Virus record (IMG/VR): IMGVR_UViG_3300022468_000627
Location: 27,892-91,891 of that record
Direction: 5' to 3' (one strand)
DNA: 64,000 nt
DNA from: a virus
Shown here: one piece after another, positions 7,641 through 17,571 of the stretch
Layout: each line of letters opens with the position of its first letter
Position numbering within the stretch: the first letter of the stretch is position 1
The notes under the pieces: generated by a model
Seen by the model: only the letters and a program-made list of their open reading frames with translations
Databases searched by the model: none
What the model was told of the DNA's origin: nothing
Made by a program: the position numbers and the translations under genes

Positions 7641-8732
7641 TTATGCGTTCAGCGAATTGATGCCGCCCCAGGCCGAGGCGAAGGCCCGGCCGTCGGCCCA
7701 GGCGGTGATGGTGGGCGGGCTGGCGGCGACCAGCGCCTGGCCGCTCGCCCGCATGTAGCTGGTGCACCGCCAGTTGCCCGAGCCCAGGCTCTCGAACACC
7801 GCCACGTCACCCGCCTGGGTGACGATGTTGGCGCCCGTGGGCAGGATCAGCGACGTGGCGTTGTGGGTCAGCGTCAGCGAGCCCGCGAACGTGACCGTGC
7901 GCGATCCGCCATCGGGCACCGTGGAGCCGAACGACGTGATCGTGGTCGTGCCGGTGACGGTGATCAGGTTGGAACTGGCCGACCCGAGGCTTACCGTGGC
8001 AGCGCTGGCGATCGATCCACGGGGCGACCAGTTGAGCGCGCCGGTCATGGTGTCGCCGGTCTTGTTCACAGCCTGCGCGGCCGGGATGTAGAACCACTTG
8101 CGCACCACGAACGTGTCGCTGGTGATCGCGTCGGTGGCGGTCAGCGTGAACGACGTGCCGTTGGTGGCCGTGTAGTCGTCCCCGTTGCCGATCAGCATGA
8201 CGCCGTTGCGCAGCACGTCGATCTGGCCGGGGTTGTAGCCGCCCGACACCGTGAACACGGTCTGGCCGTTGGAGGCCGGCGTGATCAGCACGTCGGCCCA
8301 GGCCGGCAGGCCGGACCCGCCGCCCGAGGACGCCACCGACAGCATGCCGTCCACGTCCACCACCAGGCCCGAGCCTACCTTGATGCCGCCCAGGCGGATC
8401 GCCGTGGCGGGCAGGTTGGACAGCTTGCCGGCCAGTGCGGTGGTCACGGTGGCTGCAAAGCTGGCGTCGTCGTTGATGGCGTCGGCCAGCTCCTTGAGCG
8501 TGTCCAGCGCGCCCGGGGCGCCGCCCACCAAGGAGGTGATGGCGGCGTTGACGGCGGCCGTCACGGCGGTGCTGTCAGCCTTGTTCGCCAGCGTGCCCTG
8601 CACGGTGTAGATCAGCGTGTCGATCAGCGCGAAGGCATCCCGGAACCGGCTGACGTCGGCGGTCTGGATGTTCGCTGCATTGGGCAGCGGGATGGAAAGA
8701 TGCGACGTGCGGTCGTCAATAACAGCGGTCAT
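7641..8732 (-). CDS. Tail fibre protein
   Basis: N-terminus HLSIPLPNAANIQTADVSRFRDAFALID and LDTLKELADAINDD are typical fibre N-terminal blocks. Ser/Thr/Gly-rich beta-type C-terminus. Confidence 0.75.
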   Translation of the reverse strand: MTAVIDDRTSHLSIPLPNAANIQTADVSRFRDAFALIDTLIYTVQGTLANKADSTAVTAAVNAAITSLVGGAPGALDTLKELADAINDDASFAATVTTALAGKLSNLPATAIRLGGIKVGSGLVVDVDGMLSVASSGGGSGLPAWADVLITPASNGQTVFTVSGGYNPGQIDVLRNGVMLIGNGDDYTATNGTSFTLTATDAITSDTFVVRKWFYIPAAQAVNKTGDTMTGALNWSPRGSIASAATVSLGSASSNLITVTGTTTITSFGSTVPDGGSRTVTFAGSLTLTHNATSLILPTGANIVTQAGDVAVFESLGSGNWRCTSYMRASGQALVAASPPTITAWADGRAFASAWGGINSLNA

Positions 8733-8740
8733 TCAATGCC

Positions 8741-9970
8741 TCACAGAGTAAGCAGTCGCAGATCCCGGACACGCGGGCGCACGGCCACGCCGCCCGTGGT
8801 CAGGTGCAGCTTGCAGCGCACGCGGGCCTCGGTGACGGCGGTCTTCTGGAACTGGTACTCGTAGAGGCCCAGATCGCCGTCGATGAGCTTGGGCGTGCCG
8901 ATCTGGGTCATGGTCAGGTCGCTGTCGCCAACATCCACGCCAGACACCGTGGGCACTACATTGGCGCCGCTCGGGATGATGGCCGAGAAAATCACCTTGG
9001 CCGTGCAGCCGGTCGCGTCGGCGTCGATGGCGGCCGAAATGTAGTCGTCGCTGGCGTGCACGACGCCCTGCACGATTTGGGTGCCAGGGTGCAGCGTGGC
9101 CGAGTTGTTGGCGTTGGAGCGCAGCCGGGCCTTGACGCCGACCGTGCCGGTGGTGGCGGCGCTGAACGCGATGCGCTGGTTGTCGCCGGCCTTCACCACG
9201 GTGCCGTCAGGCAGCGTGATCTCCAGCTCGCCGGTGGCGGCGCTGTGCGGCGACTCGATCATGGCGAGGGTCAGCAGCTCGGTCGCGCCGGTGATGCTGA
9301 CGGTGCCAAGGTCGATCAGGCGCTCGGACTCGGTGTACTGGCGGGCCACGAGGCGGAACGCCAGGTCGCGGTCCTGGTACGCGGTCCAGGTGCTGGCGTT
9401 GGACGAGGACAGCAGCACGCCCACGGTGTAGGGCTGGCTGGTGATCCACTGCTGGGCAGCGGCGTCGAACTTGCCCAGCTCGGCCACGGCCAGCTCGCTC
9501 ACGGCGTCGTTGCAGAGCACCACAATGGCGTATTCGGTGCCGGCCTCCAGGCGGGCTGGCGACGAGAACGCGAAGTTGGTCCACTGGTCGGCGGTGATGC
9601 TGCTGGCGGCCCGGCGGCTGTCGGCCACGATGGTCTGGGTCGGGTAGCCCACCTGGGTCTCGCGGATCTGCACCGACACGGCCGTGGAGCCCACGGCGGT
9701 GAACCACAGATCGACGCCCTCCAGCTGGATGGCCTCGGTGAGCGTGAAGGTCTGCGCGATAGGGTCCACGCTCTGCTGCCAGCGCGTGGTGGTGATCTGT
9801 TGCACCAGGGTGCGGATGTCTTCAATCAGCGTGCCCTGGCCAATGAAACTGGCCGTGGCCTGGCTGCCGCCCTGGCCGGTGAACGACACCTGCTTGGTGC
9901 CGGCCGGCACGTTGGCCGGGATCGTAAATTTCCCGAGAACGACACCGTTCGAGTCAGCGGTAACGGTCAT
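8741..9970 (-). CDS. Baseplate/fibre-associated structural protein
   Basis: 409-aa ORF between the DUF4815-like protein and the fibre. Placed by position only. Confidence 0.6.
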   Translation of the reverse strand: MTVTADSNGVVLGKFTIPANVPAGTKQVSFTGQGGSQATASFIGQGTLIEDIRTLVQQITTTRWQQSVDPIAQTFTLTEAIQLEGVDLWFTAVGSTAVSVQIRETQVGYPTQTIVADSRRAASSITADQWTNFAFSSPARLEAGTEYAIVVLCNDAVSELAVAELGKFDAAAQQWITSQPYTVGVLLSSSNASTWTAYQDRDLAFRLVARQYTESERLIDLGTVSITGATELLTLAMIESPHSAATGELEITLPDGTVVKAGDNQRIAFSAATTGTVGVKARLRSNANNSATLHPGTQIVQGVVHASDDYISAAIDADATGCTAKVIFSAIIPSGANVVPTVSGVDVGDSDLTMTQIGTPKLIDGDLGLYEYQFQKTAVTEARVRCKLHLTTGGVAVRPRVRDLRLLTL

Positions 9971-9984
9971 TGGTGCTCCAAAAA

Positions 9985-11913
9985 TCAGGGCGCGGTCGGC
10001 GTCACGGCCAGGCCGTCAAACGTCACCGAAGTCAGGTTTTCGCCAGGGCCGAAGCCTTCGAGGCGGAAATGCACCTCGATCTGGCGCAGGTACTCCAGCG
10101 TCTTGGTGAGCTGCACCGACTGGATGGACTGGGTCGTGTTCTCGACCGACATGTTCCCCCAGCCCTCGGTGAAGCGCAGCACGATGGGGCTGGTCCAGAT
10201 GACGTTGGTGTCGGTCCAGCGGTCGATGGCGGGCGTCAGCGTGGCCTTGGCGGGCAGCGGCGAAAACGCCAGGTAGGCGTTGATCTTCATGCTGCCCGTG
10301 CGGCGCTCCTGAGCCAGCGCCACGCGCGACGTGAAAGCGCAGGTCTCCGGGCTGGTTACGTCGGCGGTCGGCGTCTTGACCGTGGCGTCGATGCCCATGG
10401 TCAGCTCGCCGTGCGAGATGGCGGCGTACTGGGTCAGGCCCTGGTCGCGTAGGCCATCGGACAGGAACGGGTCGACAAACAGCCCCTTCTTGGCGGCGGC
10501 GTCGCGCTGGGATGCGTCGGCTTTCAGCTTCTGCTCGCTCACCATCAGGATGACGGTGTTCAGGCGGTTGTTGATCGCCTCGATGTCCTGCATGGGCACG
10601 ACGCGCACGCCGTCGTTGATGACGTAGCTGGAGGCCGTCCAGGTCTGCACCACCTGGGCCAGCGGCAGCAGGTTGTTGGGCACGCTGGGTCGCACCGGGT
10701 TGTAGTCGGTGCTGGTGCCCTCGACCCACACGAATTCGCCGTCCTCGTTCAGGCACAGGCGGTCGATGCGCGGCAGCTTGGTGTAGTAGCTGGTCTGGAT
10801 CAGGGTGCCCACCACGGCGCCGGTCACGATGAACCCGTTGTCGTCAACCGCAGTCGGAGTGACCGACATGATGTGATCGTAGGTGACGTCGTAGGACTGG
10901 CCGGGCGCCGGCTCGGCGCCGGTCAGCGACCAGTCCACCTTGCCGGCGGTCAGCTGGTAGTCGGTGCCCTGAACGTAGGTGGTCGCGCCCTGCACCACGG
11001 ACACGATTGCGACCACGGACGTGTCAGGCAGCGGATCCTGGGCGCCCGTGGTGGTGCCGTGGTTTAGCGTGGCCGTGGTGCGCTTGGTGATGCGCACCTG
11101 AGTGATGTTGGCGATCGGCGGCCGCGCCACATCCACACGGAAAGCGCCGGCAGAGCCCGAGTTTTTGGGCTCGCTGTCGATGAACCGGGTCACCGGCACG
11201 GCGTTGCGCGCCAGCCGGCGGCTGGTGGTCACGTCGATGCCGAACCCGTTCACGCGGGCACGGCCGTTGCCGACCGAGAACACCTGGTAGCCGTCCACGC
11301 GGTCAGCCAGGCGGGTGACGCCCAGGCCGCTCACAACGTAGCTGCCGCCGGCGCTGTCGCGGTCATAGCGCGCCAGGGCTTGGGTCACGCCGTCCAACTG
11401 GGGCGGGGCCTCCTTGGCGTTCACGATGCCGTCGGTGACGGTGTAGACCGGGAAGAACTCGCCGACCTGGTCGTCGCCACTCCAGGCCCACACGGGCACG
11501 ACTTTGTAGCGCTCGGCGCCCTGGCGGTTGTAGGCGCGCGACTCGACGGCAGGGTCGAGCAGCGTCGGGTCTTCCACCGAGGTGACGATGGTCGTCTGCA
11601 GGCGCAGGCCGACCGCGATGGTGCCGACGATCGGCACGGTGATGGTGGCCGGGGCCACGCCGCGCACGTTGCCGTTCAGGTAGACGGCGCCGGCCTCGCA
11701 GGTGGTCACGCCGGTGTCGGGGTCCACCACAATGCCGGCATCGCGGATGACACCGCCGTCCTTGAGCATGGCGTCGGCCACACCCTTGAGGGCGTAGGCG
11801 GCGCGCGATTGCATCTCGTCGAGCTCAGCAGACTGCAGCGGCCGGTTCGGAATGAACCGGTGCGACTCATAGTTCTTGGCCGGGTCGAACCGGTTGTAGG
11901 AATTGGTGGTCAT
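9985..11913 (-). CDS. Baseplate structural protein (DUF4815-like)
   Basis: 642 aa. N-terminus NRFDPAKNYESHRFIPNRPLQSAELDEMQS resembles the DUF4815 opening block (from memory). Confidence 0.65.
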   Translation of the reverse strand: MTTNSYNRFDPAKNYESHRFIPNRPLQSAELDEMQSRAAYALKGVADAMLKDGGVIRDAGIVVDPDTGVTTCEAGAVYLNGNVRGVAPATITVPIVGTIAVGLRLQTTIVTSVEDPTLLDPAVESRAYNRQGAERYKVVPVWAWSGDDQVGEFFPVYTVTDGIVNAKEAPPQLDGVTQALARYDRDSAGGSYVVSGLGVTRLADRVDGYQVFSVGNGRARVNGFGIDVTTSRRLARNAVPVTRFIDSEPKNSGSAGAFRVDVARPPIANITQVRITKRTTATLNHGTTTGAQDPLPDTSVVAIVSVVQGATTYVQGTDYQLTAGKVDWSLTGAEPAPGQSYDVTYDHIMSVTPTAVDDNGFIVTGAVVGTLIQTSYYTKLPRIDRLCLNEDGEFVWVEGTSTDYNPVRPSVPNNLLPLAQVVQTWTASSYVINDGVRVVPMQDIEAINNRLNTVILMVSEQKLKADASQRDAAAKKGLFVDPFLSDGLRDQGLTQYAAISHGELTMGIDATVKTPTADVTSPETCAFTSRVALAQERRTGSMKINAYLAFSPLPAKATLTPAIDRWTDTNVIWTSPIVLRFTEGWGNMSVENTTQSIQSVQLTKTLEYLRQIEVHFRLEGFGPGENLTSVTFDGLAVTPTAP

Positions 11914-11920
11914 GGTCGCC

Positions 11921-12406
11921 TTAGAAGCTGATGACGGCCTCGAAATTTTCTTGGATGGCCGGGCTGCGGAAGATCGGCGTGATGTGCTCGACGTAGAGCA
12001 TGATGCCGGGGTCCGTGACCTGGCCTGGCGTGAAATACTGCGTCCCAGGCGGCAGGCCGGTCTGCACCACGGTGTCCGAGAACACGGCGATCTCGCGGAT
12101 GACCGAGCTGGAGGCTTCGCCGAAGTCGAAATTGCCCTGCACCCAGATGTGCCGGGTCTTGGCGTTGCCCGGCGACAGGCTGAACTTGCCGGTCGCTACG
12201 TCGATGTCGCCGGCGTCGTCAGGAACCACGTAGGCCCATTGCGTGGCCGTGCGGCGGCCCAGCTCGTTCATGAGCGCGCTGGCTTCCGGGTCCTCGGCAG
12301 TCGGCGTGGTCCAGGCGCCGTCCCCGGTGCCCCACGCGAAATGCAGCGGCCGTTTCGTGATCGCGTTGGCGATCGCCTTGCGGCCAGAACTGGGAAGGAT
12401 TGCCAT
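11921..12406 (-). CDS. Hypothetical virion protein
   Basis: 161-aa ORF preceded by motif copy b and an AGAGG SD-like element. Confidence 0.6.
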   Translation of the reverse strand: MAILPSSGRKAIANAITKRPLHFAWGTGDGAWTTPTAEDPEASALMNELGRRTATQWAYVVPDDAGDIDVATGKFSLSPGNAKTRHIWVQGNFDFGEASSSVIREIAVFSDTVVQTGLPPGTQYFTPGQVTDPGIMLYVEHITPIFRSPAIQENFEAVISF

Positions 12407-12424
12407 GTTGTACCTCTGAAATTG

Positions 12425-12440
12425 ATTGTGCCGTCACGAC
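12425..12440 (-). promoter_or_regulatory. Conserved late-promoter-like motif (copy b)
   Basis: Minus strand GTCGTGAC GG CACAAT, then an 18-nt leader with AGAGG before ATG 12406. Confidence 0.45.
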
Positions 12441-13627
12441 GACGTGCGGGAATGGCGGGTGCCGATGAGCGTGCTGGTGGTCCAGGCCACGCCCTGCCAC
12501 GGCGTCTCAGACCACGGCTGGCCGGCGTACTCGACGCCCATCTTGAAAACGCGGTAGCTGCGCCAGTATTTGGTCGTCACCAGGTAGGTGAGCTGGCTCC
12601 AGGGCAGGCTCTGCCACGGGTGGGAAGGCCACGTGATCGTGCCCATGGCGGCGCCGCCGCGGTGTAGGACGCGCCGACGGTGCCGCATGGGGTAGTTGGG
12701 CACCGAGACTTCCTCGATGAGCGCGTTGTCGAGCAGCGCCAAGTCCTCGTTGCGGACGTTGGCCACGTGCCGCCGCTTGATCGCCATGCCGACCGTCGAG
12801 TCGTTGGGCACGACCAGGCCGCCGCTGTACTTGACCTGGGGCGGCAGCATGAGCACGCCGGCCGGCTTGTTGCGCAGCACGATCGGCAGCACGTCCGACC
12901 AGTCGATAGGGGTGCGCGAGAAGGGCTGGATGTAGAACGGCCCGACAAAGTCCTCGTCCTGCAGCTTGTCGGGCCCGTCGAGGTCGGATTGGTCCAGCGT
13001 GAACACATCCTGCCAAGGCTCCAGGATCTGCACGTCCTTGCCGGTGATGTCCTTGATCGCGGCCTCGATGGCGCGCGGGTTCACGCGGATGCGGAAGGCT
13101 TCTTTCGGGATGCGCAGGCGGTACGCGGGGTCCAGCTCGCCATCCAGGCGCGGCACCGAGTAGAGCGCACCCCACAGGTCCAGCCACTCACCCTCGGCGG
13201 TGGTGATGACCATCTGCAGCAGCGCCTGGCGCACCTCGTAGCTGGCGTGGTCGACCTCGCGGGTGAACGCTGAAATGAGCACCCACAGCAGGCTCGTGAA
13301 GGCCTTCACGTGGTCGCCGTTGCTGGTGTTCTGGTCGCCAGCGCCCTCCACCAGCACCAGAGCCGACTTGTGGTCGAACTGAGCCGACACATGCTGCACG
13401 TCGAAGCCGTCGGCGCGCAGCGCCCCGATCAACGCGGCCACCGTGTAGGCGGTCAGGTCGTAGGTGTGCTCGGCCGCGCCAGCCGTGGCGGTGAGCGCGC
13501 CCGACGCAATGGCCCAGGTGGCGCCATCGGCGTGCCGCAGGCGAAACACCAGCTCGGCCGCCGGGTCCTTGTCGAACACCGCGGCATGCGGGTACTTGAG
13601 CAGGCGCTGCAGGGTGGTCGCGGTCAT
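12434..13627 (-). CDS. Baseplate protein (follows the J-like protein)
   Basis: 397 aa from ATG 13627 (ATGA overlap with the J-like stop). The track ORF 12434..14119 has an Arg-rich off-frame-looking 5' extension. Confidence 0.65.
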   Translation of the reverse strand: MTATTLQRLLKYPHAAVFDKDPAAELVFRLRHADGATWAIASGALTATAGAAEHTYDLTAYTVAALIGALRADGFDVQHVSAQFDHKSALVLVEGAGDQNTSNGDHVKAFTSLLWVLISAFTREVDHASYEVRQALLQMVITTAEGEWLDLWGALYSVPRLDGELDPAYRLRIPKEAFRIRVNPRAIEAAIKDITGKDVQILEPWQDVFTLDQSDLDGPDKLQDEDFVGPFYIQPFSRTPIDWSDVLPIVLRNKPAGVLMLPPQVKYSGGLVVPNDSTVGMAIKRRHVANVRNEDLALLDNALIEEVSVPNYPMRHRRRVLHRGGAAMGTITWPSHPWQSLPWSQLTYLVTTKYWRSYRVFKMGVEYAGQPWSETPWQGVAWTTSTLIGTRHSRTSS

Positions 13628-14712
13628 AGGGCGGTGATGGTCAGCGCGCCAGGCACCAGGGCCTCGGACACGTCGCAGGCGATGTTCTCGTTGCTGTTGG
13701 GCACGATGACGCGCACGCCATCGACGGCGAGCATTTCCTCGACCAGCTCCTTGAGGTAGAGCGTGGTGCCGGGCTGCACCGCCCGGATGGCCGTGGCGAA
13801 GCGGTCGGCGATGCTCTGCTGCACCGCCGTGGTTAGCTCGTAGTCGGGGAACATGCCGACCTGCACAGCCAGCGGGATCGCGCGCTCGACCATGCCCAGC
13901 GCCTCGACACGCACGCCTGCCGGGCGGAAGCCTGGCACGATGGTGCCGCCGGCGTCGGTGTAGCCGTCCAGCGCCTGCTGGGCCCGGGCCACCAAGGCAT
14001 CCGTCGCGAGGCCCTTGCTGGAGTAGAGCCAGAACCGCACGTAGCCGCGCTCCTCCAGCACGCCCACGCGGGTGACGTACTCGTCGATGTTGCCGTCGGC
14101 GTCCGGCAGGCTGGTCCACTTCACCGCGTAGCGGCAGGCCTCCAGCGTTCCGCGCGACAGCGAGCGGACGAACTCAGCGAACCGGGCCTCGCGCTCGGCA
14201 TCGCTCTCCAGGTCGCGCCCGGAGGTGATCGCAGAGTTGCTGACCACGTAGCCGGCGCCCGGCAGCGCGGTGGTGTTGATTCCGCCAGCCGCCACGTTGC
14301 CGGCGGCGCCAACATCGGCGGCCTGCACCGGGATGCGGACCACGGGCACGCCGATGGCCCAGATCAGCGCCTCGGTGGAGTTGTAGACCCGCCCGTCAGA
14401 CGTGGCGAAGGCCGTGCCCAGCGGGATGGTGATCGCCTCGGTTGGCGCCGGCGTGAGGGAGATGCTGACGAAGCCATGGGCCCGGGCGGGCTGCAGGCGG
14501 TCGAAGCCGAAGGACTTGAAGGTGGCCACCGGGATCGCGTCGCGCAGCCCCAGCATCATCTGCAGGTACAGCTCCTCGATTTCGATGGCAGGCGCCTCCA
14601 TGAGCGTCCGCGCCACGCTGCCCGGCTGGTAGTCGGTGATCTTGTCAGTGACGCCCCGGGCGTGGTTGAGCAGCCCGGCGGTGATCGACACGAAGTCTTT
14701 GATCTGAAACAT
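13624..14712 (-). CDS. Baseplate J-like protein
   Basis: 362 aa from ATG 14712 (SD AAGGA). ITDYQPGSVARTLMEAPAIEIEELY and the overall layout resemble the Baseplate_J family. Confidence 0.75.
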   Translation of the reverse strand: MFQIKDFVSITAGLLNHARGVTDKITDYQPGSVARTLMEAPAIEIEELYLQMMLGLRDAIPVATFKSFGFDRLQPARAHGFVSISLTPAPTEAITIPLGTAFATSDGRVYNSTEALIWAIGVPVVRIPVQAADVGAAGNVAAGGINTTALPGAGYVVSNSAITSGRDLESDAEREARFAEFVRSLSRGTLEACRYAVKWTSLPDADGNIDEYVTRVGVLEERGYVRFWLYSSKGLATDALVARAQQALDGYTDAGGTIVPGFRPAGVRVEALGMVERAIPLAVQVGMFPDYELTTAVQQSIADRFATAIRAVQPGTTLYLKELVEEMLAVDGVRVIVPNSNENIACDVSEALVPGALTITAL

Positions 14713-14720
14713 GAGGGTCC

Positions 14721-15335
14721 TTATCCGGTGACGACGTCCACGACGCCGCCGGCGGCCGCCTGGGCCCGGGCGGTCACCTTGATCTTGTCGTTCTCGACGG
14801 TGGCGGCCACGGCATCGACGCTGCGCACCCGGTAGTCGGACAGGATGGTCGCCTTGGCGTACTCGGCCGCCAGCAGGCTCGCGGCTGGGCCGTTGATCTT
14901 GCCAATCAGGCGGTAGAACAGCGAACCGTAGTCGGGGTGGCGCATGGCCTGGCCGCGCGGCGTCACAACGCGGTGCTGCAGCTGCTGGCACAAGTTGGCC
15001 GATCCGCTGACCACCTCGAAGTCTCCGCTCTCGCTAGCGCGCAGCTGGCGGTCGGTCATCAGGCAGTCGCGCTCGAACACGCGGCCGGTGTCGGCCGAGC
15101 CCTCAAACACGCCGACAGGCGCCGGGATCTTGATGAAGTCGCCGGACTGCAGGACGCCATCGGCCACGCGCGCCGGGTCGTCGGTGATGAACGGCCACGA
15201 CAGGTTGTTGACCCACACCAGCTCAGGCCAGCGGTTGGCGTCACCCAGCTCGCGCGCCGCGATGCGCGGCATGTCGTCGCCGTACTCGGTGGCCGCCAGG
15301 CGAACCGGCGGCATCTCGCGGCTGAACACGGTCAT
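14721..15335 (-). CDS. Baseplate wedge protein: N-terminal LysM-like (gpX-like) module fused to a gp25/GpW-like module
   Basis: GDDMPRIAARELGDANRWPELVWVN (LysM-like), then TPRGQAMRHPDYGSLFYRLIG..ILSDYRVRSVDAV (gp25/W-like). Confidence 0.65.
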   Translation of the reverse strand: MTVFSREMPPVRLAATEYGDDMPRIAARELGDANRWPELVWVNNLSWPFITDDPARVADGVLQSGDFIKIPAPVGVFEGSADTGRVFERDCLMTDRQLRASESGDFEVVSGSANLCQQLQHRVVTPRGQAMRHPDYGSLFYRLIGKINGPAASLLAAEYAKATILSDYRVRSVDAVAATVENDKIKVTARAQAAAGGVVDVVTG

Positions 15336-16501
15336 GCGGAGACCCCCGAGACGATGGCGGACACGTTGCGCTCGACCTCGGCCAGCGGAAGCGGCGCCAG
15401 AACGGGGTCGGCGTTTTTCACGGCCTTGACCGAGAACAGCGCCGAGCTGGTGATGCTCACCGAATTCTGGGTCGGCAGCATGAGCTGAAAGACGTTCAGG
15501 CCAGCGTAGGGGCTTGGCGGCCGGCCGCCCGTGGTGCTGGAGCAGTTGGACGCGCCGTAGAGGTCGTCGTACTGCTCGTAAGGCGTGCGCGGCCGCAGCG
15601 CGTTCTGGAAGATGCAGACGACCTGGTTGTAGGCGGCTGCGATGCGGGCCGCCCGGACCTTGATGTCGAGCGGCAGGTTCAGCACCGACTGCACGGTGCG
15701 GAACAGGTTCAAGCCGACCTGAGCCATGTCGCGGGCGAGCTCGATGGCCTGATTGGCGATACCGGTCGCGAAGTTGGTGATGCCATTCACTACGGTCTGC
15801 ACCGCCGTGAACACGCGCGTGGACATGGCCAGGAAGTCTTTGACCAGCGAGCCGATGTTCGTGCTCACGCCCGGGGGCAGGACGGAGGCCGGAAGCCCGA
15901 AGCCGTCGCCCTGGTTGGCGATCTCGTCGGTGGCCGTGCCCAGCGCGGTCATGCCAGCGCCGGAATTGCCGTACTCAGGCACGGTGATGACAGGCACGTC
16001 GACCGTGGTCGCCAGGGCCTGCAGGGTGATGTTGTACTGGAACAACAGGGGGCGCGACTTGGAGCGCCGCAGCTGGAACTGCATGGGCACGACGGACCAT
16101 GCGAAGTTGTCCAGGGCGTCCACGAACAGCAGGCGCACGCCGGCCGGGTCGGCGCCCTGGTCGATCGCGAACTGCTTGGCGGCGTGGTAGTCCTTCTGCA
16201 CCAGCTGGTTCAGCGCCTCGAACGAGCCGAAGCCGTCCATGCCCAGGCCCTGAGCGTAGCGCCAGCCGGTGGTTCCCGCGATCACGCAGGACGGCAGCGC
16301 CTCGCCGAAGTTGTCCACCCAGCCGGTGATGTCGCGCCCCATGGTCTGGTGCACGGTCGCACGCGAGCTTTCCGTCCGAGTCAGGTCCTCGGGCCGGATC
16401 GGCAGGGTCACGGGCTGGCGGATCTGGCCCCGGTCATCGAGGATGAAGGTGATGGGTCGGACGCCAGCGCGCTGGTCCGTGGGCGCGGGTGCAGCGATCA
16501 T
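15332..16501 (-). CDS. Baseplate protein (hypothetical)
   Basis: 389-aa ORF. ATG 16501 lies 6 nt after motif copy c. Stop overlaps the next start. Confidence 0.65.
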   Translation of the reverse strand: MIAAPAPTDQRAGVRPITFILDDRGQIRQPVTLPIRPEDLTRTESSRATVHQTMGRDITGWVDNFGEALPSCVIAGTTGWRYAQGLGMDGFGSFEALNQLVQKDYHAAKQFAIDQGADPAGVRLLFVDALDNFAWSVVPMQFQLRRSKSRPLLFQYNITLQALATTVDVPVITVPEYGNSGAGMTALGTATDEIANQGDGFGLPASVLPPGVSTNIGSLVKDFLAMSTRVFTAVQTVVNGITNFATGIANQAIELARDMAQVGLNLFRTVQSVLNLPLDIKVRAARIAAAYNQVVCIFQNALRPRTPYEQYDDLYGASNCSSTTGGRPPSPYAGLNVFQLMLPTQNSVSITSSALFSVKAVKNADPVLAPLPLAEVERNVSAIVSGVSA

Positions 16502-16507
16502 GCGCCC

Positions 16508-16523
16508 ATTCTGGCGTCACGAC
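16508..16523 (-). promoter_or_regulatory. Conserved late-promoter-like motif (copy c)
   Basis: Minus strand GTCGTGAC GC CAGAAT, then GGGCGC, then ATG 16501. Confidence 0.5.
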
Positions 16524-16524
16524 A

Positions 16525-17571
16525 TCAGCCCTTGTTCTCGTTGCCCGGCAGCGGGTCGCCCGTGGGCACGGTCTGGGCAATCGTGGTGTCGGGGCTCTGC
16601 TGCAGCTGGCCGTTGGCGTCGATGTAGAGGCTGTTGTTGCCAGGCAGCACCACGGACGACAGCACGTTGCCGCTGGCGTCGGTGTAGAGCTTGTCGCCGT
16701 CGGGCACCACGGTGGTGACGGGGCCGTTCGGCGTGTCCACGGTGACCACGCGCTGGTTCTGCACGTAGTAGTTGCCGTTGCCGTCCCACTGCACCAGGTT
16801 GCCGTAGGCGTCGCGCTGGGGCACGAAGGTGTCGCCGCCGCCCGAGCCGCCCCCGGTCCCGCCGCCGTCGCCGCCACCATCGCCAGAGCTGGGCGCGTTC
16901 TTGAGCGAGCCAGCCACCGGCGGGCCGGACGTGTCGCCGCCCTTCTTGACGCCCGAGTGGGTATGGGTGGTCAGGCTCACGCCGCCGGCCACGACGTCGC
17001 CGCTGACCACGACCTTGCCCGTGATCGTGACCACGCCGCCCTTGATCTCGAACACCACGCCGCCCAGCGACATGCGCATGGCGACCTTCTTGTCCTTGTT
17101 GCGGTCGAGCTGCAGGGACTCGTCGAAATTCTTCTTCTCCAGGTCCTCGTGGGCCAGCTTGTCCTCCTCGGCGATGCGCACGAAGGCGCCGCTGGGGTGG
17201 TACAGCTCGACGTTCCCGTTGCCGTCGATGGTGGTGTAGACGTCGGACTGGTGGCGGCTGAAACGCCGCTGCTTGTCCTTGAACGTCATCTGGCTGATCT
17301 GGGGGTAGAGGAACCCGACCACGATCGGGTTGCCACGCCCCATGAAGCCCACCAGCACCTCCATGTCCTGGCCGTCGCGCTGGGTGATGTCCCACTTGTC
17401 GCCGGTCTTCTTGACCTCGGGCAGGTCCACGCTGCCGCTGCGGGCGCTGGCGCTCTGCGCCATGATGGGCACGCCAGTGAGGCGCGAGCCGTCATCGCAC
17501 ATCACCAGGTCGCAGCTGTGATCCTCGGGGTGGGTGGCGACCACGATCGCCTTGCGCAGCCCGGCCATCAT
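16525..17571 (-). CDS. Baseplate central spike (gpV / Mu gp45-like) with a Gly-rich linker and repeat-bearing C-terminal extension
   Basis: VVSGDVVAGGVSLTTHTHSGVKKGGDTSGPP is the spike HxH block, followed by GDGGGDGGGTGGGSGGG and Y.D..GN-type repeats. Confidence 0.7.
   Translation of the reverse strand: MMAGLRKAIVVATHPEDHSCDLVMCDDGSRLTGVPIMAQSASARSGSVDLPEVKKTGDKWDITQRDGQDMEVLVGFMGRGNPIVVGFLYPQISQMTFKDKQRRFSRHQSDVYTTIDGNGNVELYHPSGAFVRIAEEDKLAHEDLEKKNFDESLQLDRNKDKKVAMRMSLGGVVFEIKGGVVTITGKVVVSGDVVAGGVSLTTHTHSGVKKGGDTSGPPVAGSLKNAPSSGDGGGDGGGTGGGSGGGDTFVPQRDAYGNLVQWDGNGNYYVQNQRVVTVDTPNGPVTTVVPDGDKLYTDASGNVLSSVVLPGNNSLYIDANGQLQQSPDTTIAQTVPTGDPLPGNENKG

Noticed and set aside
13628-14991. Long 5' extensions of track ORFs 12434..14119 and 13624..14991 (and similarly 4210..4974, 3486..4079, 63420..63950)
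   Set aside because: The extensions overlap upstream genes in other frames and are Arg/Pro/Gly-rich. Internal ATGs with ATGA overlaps or Shine-Dalgarno sequences give compact, coupled genes.
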